A stretch of 64,000 bases of DNA from Parcubacteria group bacterium (GCA_016181765.1 JACOYR010000001.1:221414-285413); one strand, 5' to 3'; positions 26,536 to 36,067 are shown, numbered from the stretch's first letter. Program-made: numbers and translations. The notes: generated from the letters alone by a model not told the origin.

Positions 26536-27208
26536 ACCTCGCCCGCGGCCAGGTATGCGCGGCTTTGGGATATAGTTTTGACAAGGGATGATTCACACAC
26601 TCATGGCGATGCGCTGGGCAGATTTGGCGGCCGTATTCTATCACGCGGTAGGTCCAGTTGAACCACTCTTTCTTCGGCAGAATCTCCATCAAATCCTGTT
26701 CTATCTTTTTGGGATCCCGCGAATCCGTCAAATCAAATTTTAACGCAAACCTGCGCACGTGCGTATCAACCGCAATCCCTTCCACATGATGGAACGCATT
26801 GCCCAGGATGACGTTCGCGGTCTTGCGCGCCACACCCGGCAGCTTCAAAAGCTCTTCCATGGCGCCGGGCACGCGGCCATTGAAATCTTTTTTGACCATG
26901 CGGCTGACCGCCAAAATGTTCTTTGCTTTATTGCGGAAAAATCCAGTTGATTTAATGTCCCGCTCAAATTCATGCAAATCAGCAGCCACATAGTCATCAA
27001 GCTTTTTGTACTTCTTAAATAAATCTTTGGTGACGAGGTTCACGCGCTTGTCCGTGCACTGCGCAGATAACACGACTGCAACCAAAAGCTCCCAGGTGGT
27101 GCGGTAGGCAAGCGCGATTCGCGCTCTGGGGAACAGCTTTTTCAGAGTAGCTGACATTTTTTGTGCGCGCCTGGTGCGTTCTGATAATTTTTGGGCTTCC
27201 ATAACCAC
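26534..27208 (-). CDS. nth: endonuclease III
   Basis: HhH-GPD fold (LPGVARKTANVIL) and C-terminal CPAHRHEC 4Fe-4S cysteines. Confidence 0.85.
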   Translation of the reverse strand: MVMEAQKLSERTRRAQKMSATLKKLFPRARIALAYRTTWELLVAVVLSAQCTDKRVNLVTKDLFKKYKKLDDYVAADLHEFERDIKSTGFFRNKAKNILAVSRMVKKDFNGRVPGAMEELLKLPGVARKTANVILGNAFHHVEGIAVDTHVRRFALKFDLTDSRDPKKIEQDLMEILPKKEWFNWTYRVIEYGRQICPAHRHECVNHPLSKLYPKAAHTWPRAR

Positions 27209-27282
27209 AGCATACCATTCCGCCCCTTAACATACAAAAGACCCGCCAGGCGGGCCTTTTGCGTACCAGAGAATCTTAAAAA

Positions 27283-27489
27283 TTACTTGCCGCAGGCCTT
27301 GCAGTCGCCCTTGTGGCTCACGAGCAGGTAGAGGCCCGAGAGCCCCACCAGCACGTAGATGACCCGGGAGACCGTGGCATCCATGCCGCCGAAGATCTGG
27401 CCTACTTCCCAGCCGGTAAGCGTAAGGACTCCCCAGTTGAGGGCTCCGACTACCACCAGGACAAAGGCAACCATGTGAAGTGCTTTCAT
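27283..27489 (-). CDS. DUF378-family small membrane protein
   Basis: 68 aa; VGALNWGVL...GLSGLYLL matches the DUF378 pattern. Confidence 0.6.
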   Translation of the reverse strand: MKALHMVAFVLVVVGALNWGVLTLTGWEVGQIFGGMDATVSRVIYVLVGLSGLYLLVSHKGDCKACGK

Positions 27490-27587
27490 GTTTTGTTATA
27501 TTATTTTGTTTGATAAGAAGCCGACTTAATGTTAGTATACCACATTTTTGGGCTCAACGCAACGCGCAATGGCACACTGTGGAAAAC

Positions 27588-27663
27588 TGGAGCCGTTGCG
27601 CGGAATTGAACCGCGGACCTACTCCTTACCATGGAGTTGCTCTACCAGCTGAGCTACAACGGC
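27588..27663 (-). tRNA. tRNA-Thr (anticodon GGT)
   Basis: Acceptor GCCGTTG/CAACGGC, anticodon stem ACTCC/GGAGT, loop ATGGTAA, T-arm CGCGG-TTCAATT-CCGCG, CCA encoded. Confidence 0.75.
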
Positions 27664-27675
27664 TTGATTGTAAAA

Positions 27676-27826
27676 TATTAGGACTTACGCGTTTGCCGTC
27701 ATTCTGGAGCGAAAGTACTCTTGAGCGATAGAATCTATGCGTTTTTCACGGAGATTCTATCGGCTTTGAGTACAAAGCCTCCAGAATGACGGCTATTTTT
27801 GTCAAACGCGTAAGTCCTAAATATAT
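27676..27826. repeat. ~150-nt imperfect palindrome (MITE-like or structured RNA element) between TPR gene and tRNA-Thr
   Basis: Arms ttaggacttacgcgtttg (18/18), ccgtcattctggag (14/14), gtactc and gatagaatct (10/10) pair with their reverse complements across the centre. Confidence 0.7.
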
Positions 27827-28708
27827 TTATTTCAATCCCTTCACCTTCTTTTCAAACTCCGCAAGCCTGCCGTGGTCCGGGTTTATCTTTTTGATTTTTT
27901 CCAGCGCCTCCTTGGCAAGGGGCTTATTCTTAAGGAGCACCGCAACCGTGAACAGCCGATCCAGGACCTTGGGGTTATTCGGTTCCAGGGCTTGGGCCTT
28001 CTGCAGGCTTGAGAACGCTTTTTCCGCGTCATTCAGCTGCAAGTACACGTCAGCCAAATCCAGGTGGTAATCCACGACCTCGTTGTTGATGGAGAGCGCG
28101 TGCAAAAAGTGGTCCTTGGCCGCTTCCAGCTTCCCCTGCTCCCGGAGCGTGCGCGCGAGCGACGCGAACCCCCGGTCCTCCTGGGGCCACTGCCTGGTTG
28201 CGTACTCAAAGGTCTCTATGGCCTGGGCGAGCTCGCCCATTTCGCGGTACGTCTCCCCCAATCCCTGGTAGGCGTCCGTTGATTCCGGATCCACTTTAAT
28301 GGCTGAAAGGTATTTGGACTCTGCCTGGGAAAACTTTTTTGCGCGCCGGGCTTCTTCCGCCTCTTCCAAAAGTTCACGGACTTTGGACTGCGCTTTTTTG
28401 CTTGAATCCGGAAGCGTGCCCTGGAACCGATACGCGCGCTCCAGCTTGCGCACGCGCTCCAGTGTACTCTGGAACAGGGAGCCTGCGAGCGCCTTGCCCG
28501 GCTGCAGTATGCCCGAGGCGAACTTGAACACGCCCTCCAGTTTGCGCAGGAGCCGGTGCTCCAAGAGCGAGGCCTTAAGCACGGCGTCGCGCTCCTCCGG
28601 GATCTTGGATACGTCCAGGCTCGCCGCTTTCTTGAGGTGGCGCGAGGCAATGATGAGGATGGTTCCGATGCTCGCGATAATGACTGCAAGTGGAATGATC
28701 GTAAGCAT
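27827..28708 (-). CDS. TPR-repeat protein with N-terminal TM anchor
   Basis: N-terminal hydrophobic helix followed by multiple 34-aa TPR-like repeats (AxxxYxxAlxlxP pattern). Confidence 0.65.
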   Translation of the reverse strand: MLTIIPLAVIIASIGTILIIASRHLKKAASLDVSKIPEERDAVLKASLLEHRLLRKLEGVFKFASGILQPGKALAGSLFQSTLERVRKLERAYRFQGTLPDSSKKAQSKVRELLEEAEEARRAKKFSQAESKYLSAIKVDPESTDAYQGLGETYREMGELAQAIETFEYATRQWPQEDRGFASLARTLREQGKLEAAKDHFLHALSINNEVVDYHLDLADVYLQLNDAEKAFSSLQKAQALEPNNPKVLDRLFTVAVLLKNKPLAKEALEKIKKINPDHGRLAEFEKKVKGLK

Positions 28709-28709
28709 G

Positions 28710-29477
28710 TTAGTGCGCTTTTAGGGCTCCGGCGATAATGGCGGAGAACTGGGTTGCGTCCAGGGAAGCCGTGCCCACCAGCACCCCGTCTACCGTAGGT
28801 TGGGCGGTGTAGCGGCCTACGTTCTCCGGATCAACGCTCCCACCATAGATGATTTTGACGTGTTCGTCAACTGCCTGGTGGGAGAATAAATCGTACAGGG
28901 ATTGCTCAATCACCTGGTGCGTGTGCTCAATTTCGTTCGGGTCAATGTCCTGGCCGCTCCCGATGACCCACACCGGCTCGTAGGCGACGATGAGCTCGCA
29001 CGCTTGAGTGAGCCACAGGCCGTTGAGCGCGTCGTGCAGCTGGCGCAAGAGCACCGCCTCTTTTTGGCCCTCTGCCCTATCGTCAAACTGCTCGCCAACG
29101 CACAGCACCGGGCGCAGCCCGAGCGAAAGCAGCATCCTGATTTTTTTGTGTATCATCTCGCCGGACTCAAACAAGTGCGCCCGGCGCTCCGAGTGCCCGA
29201 CAATGACCGTGGTTACGCCGTATGAGGCAAGCTGCTTTGGGGACACTTCGCCCGTGAACGCGCCCTGCTCTTCCCAGAAGCAGTTCTGCGCGCCCATCTG
29301 GATGCCGCTTTCGCGCACGATGTCCGACACCGCGGCAAGCTCCGTAAAGCTCGGGCACAGCACCACGTCCGCACCCTTGAATTTTGCGGACGCCTTGGCA
29401 ACTTTTTTGGCCAGCGCCAATGCCTCGCTCGGAGCGAGTTTCATTTTCCAGTTTGCGATGACAAGCGGGTTTTTCAT
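28710..29477 (-). CDS. tpiA: triosephosphate isomerase
   Basis: ANWKMK start, IVGHSERR, and the VAYEPVWVIGSG signature. Confidence 0.9.
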   Translation of the reverse strand: MKNPLVIANWKMKLAPSEALALAKKVAKASAKFKGADVVLCPSFTELAAVSDIVRESGIQMGAQNCFWEEQGAFTGEVSPKQLASYGVTTVIVGHSERRAHLFESGEMIHKKIRMLLSLGLRPVLCVGEQFDDRAEGQKEAVLLRQLHDALNGLWLTQACELIVAYEPVWVIGSGQDIDPNEIEHTHQVIEQSLYDLFSHQAVDEHVKIIYGGSVDPENVGRYTAQPTVDGVLVGTASLDATQFSAIIAGALKAH

Positions 29478-29481
29478 GGCA

Positions 29482-30393
29482 TTACCATTGATACGTGTTC
29501 TGCGCCCACACCGCGAGGCTCTTTGCGTCCTGCACCCTATCCTCGTTGGTTTGGGAGCCCAGGGTTACGATGTAGAGCCTGTGTCCGCCGGCCGTGTCCA
29601 CTGCGGTTGCGAGGTTAAAGCCGGACTCGTCCAGATGCCCGGTTTTTCCGTACGCAACAAGCACGATGGTTCCCAGCAAATGGTTGGTGGTGAGCACGGC
29701 CTTGGCAGCGCCCTCCGGGAACACGCGGATGGTGTCACGGTGCGTGCCGATAATGTCCGTGATTGCCGGGTGCTTCCCTGCTTCCGCAAGCAGCCTCACC
29801 AGGTCCTCTGCGGTGCTCGTGTTTTCCGGTTCAAGCCCGCTCGGCTCGGTGAACACTGTGTTGCGCATGCCGAGCTCGCGGGCGCGGACATTCATGCGCT
29901 CCACAAACGCGCCCGCCTCTGCAGGGGCGCTGCGCGCCAAAGTTATTGTCGCATTATTGGCGCTCCCAAGCAAGCTCGCCACCAAAAAATCGCGCGCGGT
30001 TGCGGATTGGCCCGGGCGGATAAATTCATTGCCCCCCTCCCGGTCATCCTCCGGAACCATGGTGAGCCGCTCCCCGAGATTGGGTCCGCTCTCAAGGAAC
30101 ACCACCGCAGCCATGAGCTTGGCAATGCTCGCAACGGGCCACAGCGCGGACGCGTCCTTTTCGTACAAGACAGCCCCGCTTTTAGCGTCAACCACAATCG
30201 CGCTCCGGGCGCTTATGCGGGGGCCCAGGGATGCACGGTCAATTTTTACCGGCGGCCGCGAGGCATCGTCCGTTGTGCGCACGCGGTCAGCCCGGACACT
30301 CCCGTTGGAAACGTACGCGCCGTCCGCATCCGAAAACGGGAACGGAGGAAAAAGCAGGCTCGCAATGGCAAACAGCACGCTCACAAACGACAT
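29482..30393 (-). CDS. D-alanyl-D-alanine carboxypeptidase (S11, PBP5-like)
   Basis: Signal peptide; SIAKLM (SxxK) active-site motif; ~300 aa. Confidence 0.7.
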   Translation of the reverse strand: MSFVSVLFAIASLLFPPFPFSDADGAYVSNGSVRADRVRTTDDASRPPVKIDRASLGPRISARSAIVVDAKSGAVLYEKDASALWPVASIAKLMAAVVFLESGPNLGERLTMVPEDDREGGNEFIRPGQSATARDFLVASLLGSANNATITLARSAPAEAGAFVERMNVRARELGMRNTVFTEPSGLEPENTSTAEDLVRLLAEAGKHPAITDIIGTHRDTIRVFPEGAAKAVLTTNHLLGTIVLVAYGKTGHLDESGFNLATAVDTAGGHRLYIVTLGSQTNEDRVQDAKSLAVWAQNTYQW

Positions 30394-30394
30394 G

Positions 30395-30949
30395 CTACTC
30401 CTCTTCTTCCTCGGTTGATCTTAAAACCTCATCCAAGGTTTCGTGCCGGGAAAGCTTCTCGTAATCAGGGAGCTCGGAGGCGGACGAAACGCCGAGAAAC
30501 TTGAGAAAATCGTGCGTGACCCGATACTTGGGAAGCATTTCTTTCTTTTCCGAGGTCCGCTCAATGAGCCCGCGGATGAGAAGGTTGCGCAGAATCAATC
30601 CGCAGTTCACTCCCCGGATCTGCTCCAGCTCCGGCTTGGTGACAAGGCCGCGGTACGCAATAATGGTGAGCGTCTCAAGGCCGGGATCCGTAAGCTCGCC
30701 CGTAACGTCTGATTTCAAGAATGACTTGACGAGCGCTGCGTTGTCGGGATGGCTTACGAGCTGGTAGGCATCGCCCGAAACCGCGAGTATGATGCCGCTG
30801 CCCTTTTTTCCGCCGTATGACGATTTGAGTTCGCGGAGAGCGGCCTCAACTTCCCCCTTTTTCGCGCCCGTGAGCTTCTTAAGCTGGGTGATGGAGATGG
30901 GCTGGCTTGATACGAACAGCAGGCTCTCTATTTTTGATGCGAGCGGCAT
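30395..30949 (-). CDS. scpB: segregation and condensation protein B
   Basis: ESLLFVSSQPISITQL plus a second winged-helix domain; start ATG 30947-30949 abuts the scpA stop. Confidence 0.8.
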   Translation of the reverse strand: MPLASKIESLLFVSSQPISITQLKKLTGAKKGEVEAALRELKSSYGGKKGSGIILAVSGDAYQLVSHPDNAALVKSFLKSDVTGELTDPGLETLTIIAYRGLVTKPELEQIRGVNCGLILRNLLIRGLIERTSEKKEMLPKYRVTHDFLKFLGVSSASELPDYEKLSRHETLDEVLRSTEEEEE

Positions 30950-30950
30950 G

Positions 30951-31643
30951 TTAGATTCTCTGAATGACAATGTCCTGGTGCGGCTCCTGGTCGGCCAGGA
31001 GGTGGCGCTGTTTGATGAGCTCCAGAAGCGCCAAAAAGCTCACGACAATCTCTGATTTATTCTTTGCGGATTTCAGGAATTCGCTGAATCCCGTTTTCTC
31101 AACAGACGCAAACAGGGCTTTGAGGTGCAGAATGCGCTCGCCGATTGAAACCACGCGGCCTAAGGTTCGCTTGGGAATTTTGACGAACGTCTTCTCAAGC
31201 TCGGCTATCAAGCGGGAAAGCCGCAGCCCGAGATCGCGGGGTGCAAGCTTGGGAGGGGGCGAAAACTCAACACTCGCCATTTTGAGCGGCTGGCGCGAAA
31301 AACTGAAGCGCTTTTTGGCGATAATTGCGCGCACGCTCTCGGAAGCATCGCGATACACCTTGTATATCTTGAGCTGCTCTTCCAGATAATCGGGATCCGC
31401 GTCCTCGTTCTGGAGTGAAGGCAAGAGCATGCAGGACTTGATGAACAGCAAACGGGACGCCACCACCAAAAAATCAGCAAGCTCGCTCGCGGCAAGGTTT
31501 TCGCCGAGCGCTTCCACGCGAGAGAGATACTGCTCCGTGACCTGGGCGAGCGAAACGTTCGTGATGTCAAGTTTTTCCTGTTCAATGAGCTCCAAGAGCA
31601 GCGAGAGCGGGCCTTCAAACGCTTCTGTTTTTATTTCGTACAT
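30951..31643 (-). CDS. scpA: segregation and condensation protein A
   Basis: FEGPLSLLLELIEQEKLDITNVSLAQVTEQYL kleisin N-terminal motif. Confidence 0.8.
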   Translation of the reverse strand: MYEIKTEAFEGPLSLLLELIEQEKLDITNVSLAQVTEQYLSRVEALGENLAASELADFLVVASRLLFIKSCMLLPSLQNEDADPDYLEEQLKIYKVYRDASESVRAIIAKKRFSFSRQPLKMASVEFSPPPKLAPRDLGLRLSRLIAELEKTFVKIPKRTLGRVVSIGERILHLKALFASVEKTGFSEFLKSAKNKSEIVVSFLALLELIKQRHLLADQEPHQDIVIQRI

Positions 31644-31932
31644 ATGGAATTTTTTGCTGTTTCGTTTTCCGCGCCGCAAGCGCTTCGCGCTTTCCCGCGG
31701 GCGTTAATCTGATTCTGGTGATAAACAGCTTCTCCGCTGTTTTGGCGCCATAGCCAATGAGCAGGCCCCGATCAATCAAACGCTCAATGCTCGCCGTGAT
31801 AACCTGCTTGTAGTGCTCGGCCTGGGCTTTTGACGAGCTCTTGTCCGGGTTCTTGTCAACCACGCTGCGCCCAATAGCGCCCCCTCCCTCCACGCACGCT
31901 TCCAGGATAAATTGCTGGAGTTTGGAAAGCAT
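31615..31932 (-). CDS. hypothetical protein (possible winged-helix)
   Basis: About 105 aa, basic C-terminus, overlaps scpA start by 29 nt; no recognised family. Confidence 0.35.
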   Translation of the reverse strand: MLSKLQQFILEACVEGGGAIGRSVVDKNPDKSSSKAQAEHYKQVITASIERLIDRGLLIGYGAKTAEKLFITRIRLTPAGKREALAARKTKQQKIPYVRNKNRSV

Positions 31933-31940
31933 AAAAAAAA

Positions 31941-32759
31941 TCAAGTTAGGGCTCTAAAATTATTCCCGCTCACCACTTTTCTGCCGGTTTTTTGCTCCAA
32001 TTCCAAACGCGCGTTTTTCGCTATCCGCCCGCCTTTCTTGGCCGGTACTTTATTTTCCTCCAAGCCCCTGGCTTCCATTGTCTCGGCAATCTGGCGGGTA
32101 GAAAGTTCGGCCAAGGCCGTAAACACCAGTTCCGCGTCCGACATATGGTCGCGTAAATGCTCGGTTTTTAATTTCTTCAAACTTTTATGCTCTTTCACCG
32201 ACAAATCGCTCCATTCTTGATGAATAATATTGGTTAAAATCGCGTATTCATCCTGTTCTTTAACTTCATTGTTTTTCCAATAATCCGTCAATTTGTTCCT
32301 GATTTCCTGCCCCATCATTCTCTGCTGGATCCATTTCTCGCTCCGGCCCATTCTTTGCCAATTCACGCGGCCGCGATTGATGGATTTTTCCGGATCCGTT
32401 GTTTCTTGTATCCGTTCATAACCAACCTTGGCCAGCCAGAGTTTTATGGGCTCGGCTTTGGGGCTGGGAACAGACTGGATAAGGCGCAATAATGTTTCCA
32501 CATCAGCTGCGTCAGTTTGGTAAAATTTACCGTCAGAGGCCTGCATTTTCAGGTGGTCACATTTTGTGACCACCTCGCTTCCCTCCTCTTTTAGACGGTT
32601 TTTAAGGGTCGTCCAGTAACTTTTGGCTTTTTTATGATCAATCTGATCTGTTAATACTGCGATAATATCTACCACGGAAAAATACCACTTTTCTTGTGTT
32701 TCGTCATAAACTCGGCGAATTTTTTTGCCCTCAAAAATGGCTAATTTTTTGGCTTTCAT
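31941..32759 (-). CDS. Bro-N domain protein / DNA-damage-inducible protein D (DinD)-like
   Basis: LAIFEGKKIRRVYDETQEKWYFSVVDIIAVLT ... PSPKAEPIKLWLAKVGYERIQE matches the Bro-N/DinD family. GC is only ~30-43% against ~58% background. Confidence 0.7.
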   Translation of the reverse strand: MKAKKLAIFEGKKIRRVYDETQEKWYFSVVDIIAVLTDQIDHKKAKSYWTTLKNRLKEEGSEVVTKCDHLKMQASDGKFYQTDAADVETLLRLIQSVPSPKAEPIKLWLAKVGYERIQETTDPEKSINRGRVNWQRMGRSEKWIQQRMMGQEIRNKLTDYWKNNEVKEQDEYAILTNIIHQEWSDLSVKEHKSLKKLKTEHLRDHMSDAELVFTALAELSTRQIAETMEARGLEENKVPAKKGGRIAKNARLELEQKTGRKVVSGNNFRALT

Positions 32760-32809
32760 ATTTTCGTTTTAACATGCTTCTTTATCACCCAGCCGCCGTT
32801 TCCCCTGTC

Positions 32810-34579
32810 TTAATCCCCCATGATCTTAATCTGCAACTCCCTCAACTGCTTCGGCAGAACCTCGCTCGGGCTATCCAGCATCACGTCGCGGCCGGCCCCG
32901 TCTTTGGGGAACGCGTAAATGTCGCGGATGGATTCCGCGTCCAAAAGCACCATGAGCAACCGGTCTATGCCCGGGGCATTACCGCCGTGCGGCGGGGCGC
33001 CAAACTCAAAAGCGCGGATCATATGGCCGAACTTGGCGTCCACTTCTTTCTTAGAATAACCAGCAATGGCGAAAGCCTTGTACATAATGTCCGGCCGATG
33101 GTTGCGTATGGCTCCGCTCGTAATCTCGTACCCGTTGAGCACGTAGTCATATTGATAAGCCAAAACATCCAGCGGATCTTTGGTTTCCAGGGCTTCCAAA
33201 CCGCCCTGGGGCATGGAAAACGGGTTGTGGCCAAAATCAATTTTGCCCTCCTCTATTTCCGAGTACGCGTACATGGGGAAATCCGTAATCCAGCACCACG
33301 CGGCTTTAGTGTTGTCTTTGAGGCCCAATTTTGCGCCGCACATATTTCTCACCGCGCCCAGCGCCTCGCACACGGTCCGCCACTCGCCTGCCCCGAAAAA
33401 GATGATATCGCCCTCTTTGGCTTTGGCTTCTTTGATGATGCTTTTGACTTCCGGCTCGCTCAAAAATTTGAGGATCGGCGACTTGGGTTCTTTGTCTATA
33501 ATAATGTACGCGAGCCCCTGGGCTCCTTTTTCTTTTGCGGCTTCCGTGATCTCGTCAATGTCTTTTCTTGAGAACTTGGCTCCTGCCGTAACATTCAGAG
33601 CGTGCACCACGCCTTTTTTCTTGATGGCATCGCTAAACACCTTGAATCCTGAATTTTTAACAACACTCGTAATGGGCTTGATTTCAAAATCAAAACGCAA
33701 GTCAGGCTTGTCAGTTCCGTACTTTTCCATGGCCTCGCGCCACGGAATGCGCGGGAACGGTTTTGTGATGATGGTTTTTTGAGATAATTCTTCCGTGAGT
33801 TTGACCATCAAAGGGTCCATGATCTCAAAAATGTCTTCCTGCTCCACAAACGACATTTCCATGTCCAGCTGGTAGAACTCGCCGAACGCGCGGTCAGCCC
33901 GGGGGTCTTCGTCGCGGAAGCACGGGGCAATCTGGAAATACCGGTCCAAGCCGCCGACCATCAACAACTGTTTGAACTGCTGGGGCGCCTGCGGAAGCGC
34001 GTAAAACTTGCCCGGGTACAAACGCGAAGGCACGAGCCAGTCGCGCGCGCCCTCCGGCGAAGAGTTGGCGAGAATCGGGGTCTGCACTTCAATAAAGCCG
34101 CGCTCCTGGAAGTACTGCCTAATCATGCGGATCATTTTATCCTTGAGCGCAAGCATGTTCTGCAGTTTGGGGCGGCGCAGGTCTATGAAGCGGTACTTGA
34201 GGCGCGTGTTCTCGTTCGCCTCAAATTCGGGCTTATCAAGCTCAAACGGAGGCGTCTCGGACTCATTCAAAATAACCAGTTCTTGCCCGTCAATCTCAAT
34301 CTCCCCGGTATCAAGCTTTTTGTTTGCCATTGCCTTGGGCCGCTCGTTGACCGTGCCCTGAACTTGCACCACAAACTCGCTGCGGAGCTTGTTTGCTTCT
34401 TTCCAGGCGTCCTTGGACCGCTTGGGATCAAACGCAACTTGCGTGAGCCCGTACCTATCGCGCAGGTCTATAAAAATAACGCCCCCGTGGTCCCGGCGGG
34501 ACTGCACCCAGCCAGCCAGTTTTACCTCTTTTCCTTTGTCTTGCGGCCGGAGTTCTCCGCATGTGTGTGTTCGGTACAT
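32810..34579 (-). CDS. aspS: aspartate--tRNA ligase
   Basis: MYRTHTCGELR start, OB-fold, class II motifs (FRDE, GGGIGIDRL-like GNAPGIDRLLM); 589 aa. Confidence 0.9.
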   Translation of the reverse strand: MYRTHTCGELRPQDKGKEVKLAGWVQSRRDHGGVIFIDLRDRYGLTQVAFDPKRSKDAWKEANKLRSEFVVQVQGTVNERPKAMANKKLDTGEIEIDGQELVILNESETPPFELDKPEFEANENTRLKYRFIDLRRPKLQNMLALKDKMIRMIRQYFQERGFIEVQTPILANSSPEGARDWLVPSRLYPGKFYALPQAPQQFKQLLMVGGLDRYFQIAPCFRDEDPRADRAFGEFYQLDMEMSFVEQEDIFEIMDPLMVKLTEELSQKTIITKPFPRIPWREAMEKYGTDKPDLRFDFEIKPITSVVKNSGFKVFSDAIKKKGVVHALNVTAGAKFSRKDIDEITEAAKEKGAQGLAYIIIDKEPKSPILKFLSEPEVKSIIKEAKAKEGDIIFFGAGEWRTVCEALGAVRNMCGAKLGLKDNTKAAWCWITDFPMYAYSEIEEGKIDFGHNPFSMPQGGLEALETKDPLDVLAYQYDYVLNGYEITSGAIRNHRPDIMYKAFAIAGYSKKEVDAKFGHMIRAFEFGAPPHGGNAPGIDRLLMVLLDAESIRDIYAFPKDGAGRDVMLDSPSEVLPKQLRELQIKIMGD

Positions 34580-34591
34580 ATTTTGATGATT

Positions 34592-34614
34592 CCCCCTCCT
34601 TGATAAGGAGGGGG
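34592..34614 (-). promoter_or_regulatory. GC-stem hairpin enclosing the aspS Shine-Dalgarno (translational control element candidate)
   Basis: Minus strand: CCCCCTCC-ttatcaa-GGAGGGGG then 12 nt then ATG of aspS. Confidence 0.5.
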
Positions 34615-34674
34615 TTGGGGGTGGTTATGTACTCTAGAATACCAATTTTAGGGAAAAATTGCAACGAGGCCCCA

Positions 34675-34700
34675 ACAAAAAAACCGCCTTAATGGGCGGA
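34675..34700 (-). terminator. rho-independent terminator of the 34734..34997 gene
   Basis: ccgcc-ttaatg-ggcgg with a 9-nt T-run on the minus strand. Confidence 0.7.
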
Positions 34701-34733
34701 TGGGGGGTATGCGAATATCAAACAGGCGCGTTG

Positions 34734-34997
34734 TTAGGCGCTTGCGCGAGCCTCCAATCGTTCAATCCGCTCTCCGTGCTCATCCAAACGGCCTCCGATT
34801 GACGCCTGTTCGGTCAGTACTTGGTCAAGTTTCTTTGAAATTTTGTCTTGGCCCATCATAATCTCGTCTTTGTATGCTACCAAGTCCTGTTTCGTTGCCA
34901 TTTTTTCATCCAAAAAATCGCCGAGCTCATCTTTAAACTCAATCAAATCCCTGACTTTAACTGGGCGCTCCAAATCTTCTTTTGCTGGCTTAAACAT
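34734..34997 (-). CDS. small coiled-coil hypothetical protein (paralog of 10799..11110)
   Basis: Start MFKPAKE about 20 nt downstream of TGTGGTATACT; aligns with the 10799 protein; ~45% GC. Confidence 0.45.
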   Translation of the reverse strand: MFKPAKEDLERPVKVRDLIEFKDELGDFLDEKMATKQDLVAYKDEIMMGQDKISKKLDQVLTEQASIGGRLDEHGERIERLEARASA

Positions 34998-35060
34998 AGC
35001 GTCAATGTTACTGCAACACGCAGTATACCACACCAGCCACGATTGCACAACAAACGCACC

Positions 35061-35705
35061 TTAAAATTCTGCTGACTCACCGGCTTTAAGCGGGGTGAAC
35101 GCAATTCCTGCGTCTGCGAGCATCTTCTGCGGCAGGCCGTGGAACAGCTCAATGATTTCGTCTTTCAAAAACCCATCATGCACGGGAAAGCATTTTTTGG
35201 GTCTGACGTTTTTGGCGTAATCAATGCCCTGGCCTATCATCATCCACGGCCCGCTCACCGGGAGCGCGAGTATGTTGACCGGACGGCCCGGATGCGTGAG
35301 TGAATCTCCGGGATAAAACAAATCACCGCCAATCCAGTAACCCGTATTCTGGGGCATTGCAATTCCCTGGTAAATAGATTCATGTATGCAATCAAACGCC
35401 TCCAGTTCCACGCCTTTGACTGATAGCTTTGATGTGCCCTCAAGCGCCTCATATAACAATCCCGCTTTTGACAACGACTGGCCCGTGCCGCTGTTGGCGT
35501 ACACTTTCGCGTTTGGGTTGTTTGCTAAAATCGTTTTGATGGAATCAGCATGCATGTGGTCCGAGTGGTCGTGCGTGATGAGGATGACGTCAACATTGCT
35601 GACGGATGAGTGTTCGCCAATGGTCCACATGCCCGGATCCGTTAAAATCCGAAGCCCGTTTACTTCTATGATGAGGCAACAGTGCCCGAGTTTGGCGATA
35701 TGCAT
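35061..35705 (-). CDS. MBL-fold metallo-hydrolase
   Basis: ITHDHSDH (HxHxDH) motif. Confidence 0.75.
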   Translation of the reverse strand: MHIAKLGHCCLIIEVNGLRILTDPGMWTIGEHSSVSNVDVILITHDHSDHMHADSIKTILANNPNAKVYANSGTGQSLSKAGLLYEALEGTSKLSVKGVELEAFDCIHESIYQGIAMPQNTGYWIGGDLFYPGDSLTHPGRPVNILALPVSGPWMMIGQGIDYAKNVRPKKCFPVHDGFLKDEIIELFHGLPQKMLADAGIAFTPLKAGESAEF

Positions 35706-35710
35706 ATAAT

Positions 35711-36064
35711 TTAGGCTACGTGGCGCTTAAGCGTGCGCCTGATGGCGCAATAGTCCGGAATTGTTTGCTCCACCAGTTTCCAAAACGCAGGGGAATGATT
35801 CAGCTCTTTGAGATGGCACAGCTCATGCGCCACCACATACTCCGCGTGCGCAAGGGGCAGGAACAGGAGTTTGTAGCTGAAGTTGAGGTTGCCGTCCGCG
35901 GAGCAGCTCCCCCACCGCGTTTGTTGGTTGCGGATGGATACGCGGTTATAGGCAAAGCCGTACTGCCGATTAACGCGCTCAAGCGTTTCGTTGATGAACT
36001 GCCGCGCCTGTTCGCGGTGCTTATGGTAGTGCGCGCGGTCTCTGGACCGTGTGAACCGAGGCAT
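35711..36064 (-). CDS. YgjP/DUF45-family M48-like metallopeptidase (short form, lacks ~50 N-terminal residues of typical members)
   Basis: RVSIRNQQTRWGSCS and VVAHELCHLKELNHSPAFW (HExxH zincin) match YgjP. Confidence 0.6.
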   Translation of the reverse strand: MPRFTRSRDRAHYHKHREQARQFINETLERVNRQYGFAYNRVSIRNQQTRWGSCSADGNLNFSYKLLFLPLAHAEYVVAHELCHLKELNHSPAFWKLVEQTIPDYCAIRRTLKRHVA

Positions 36065-36067
36065 ACG

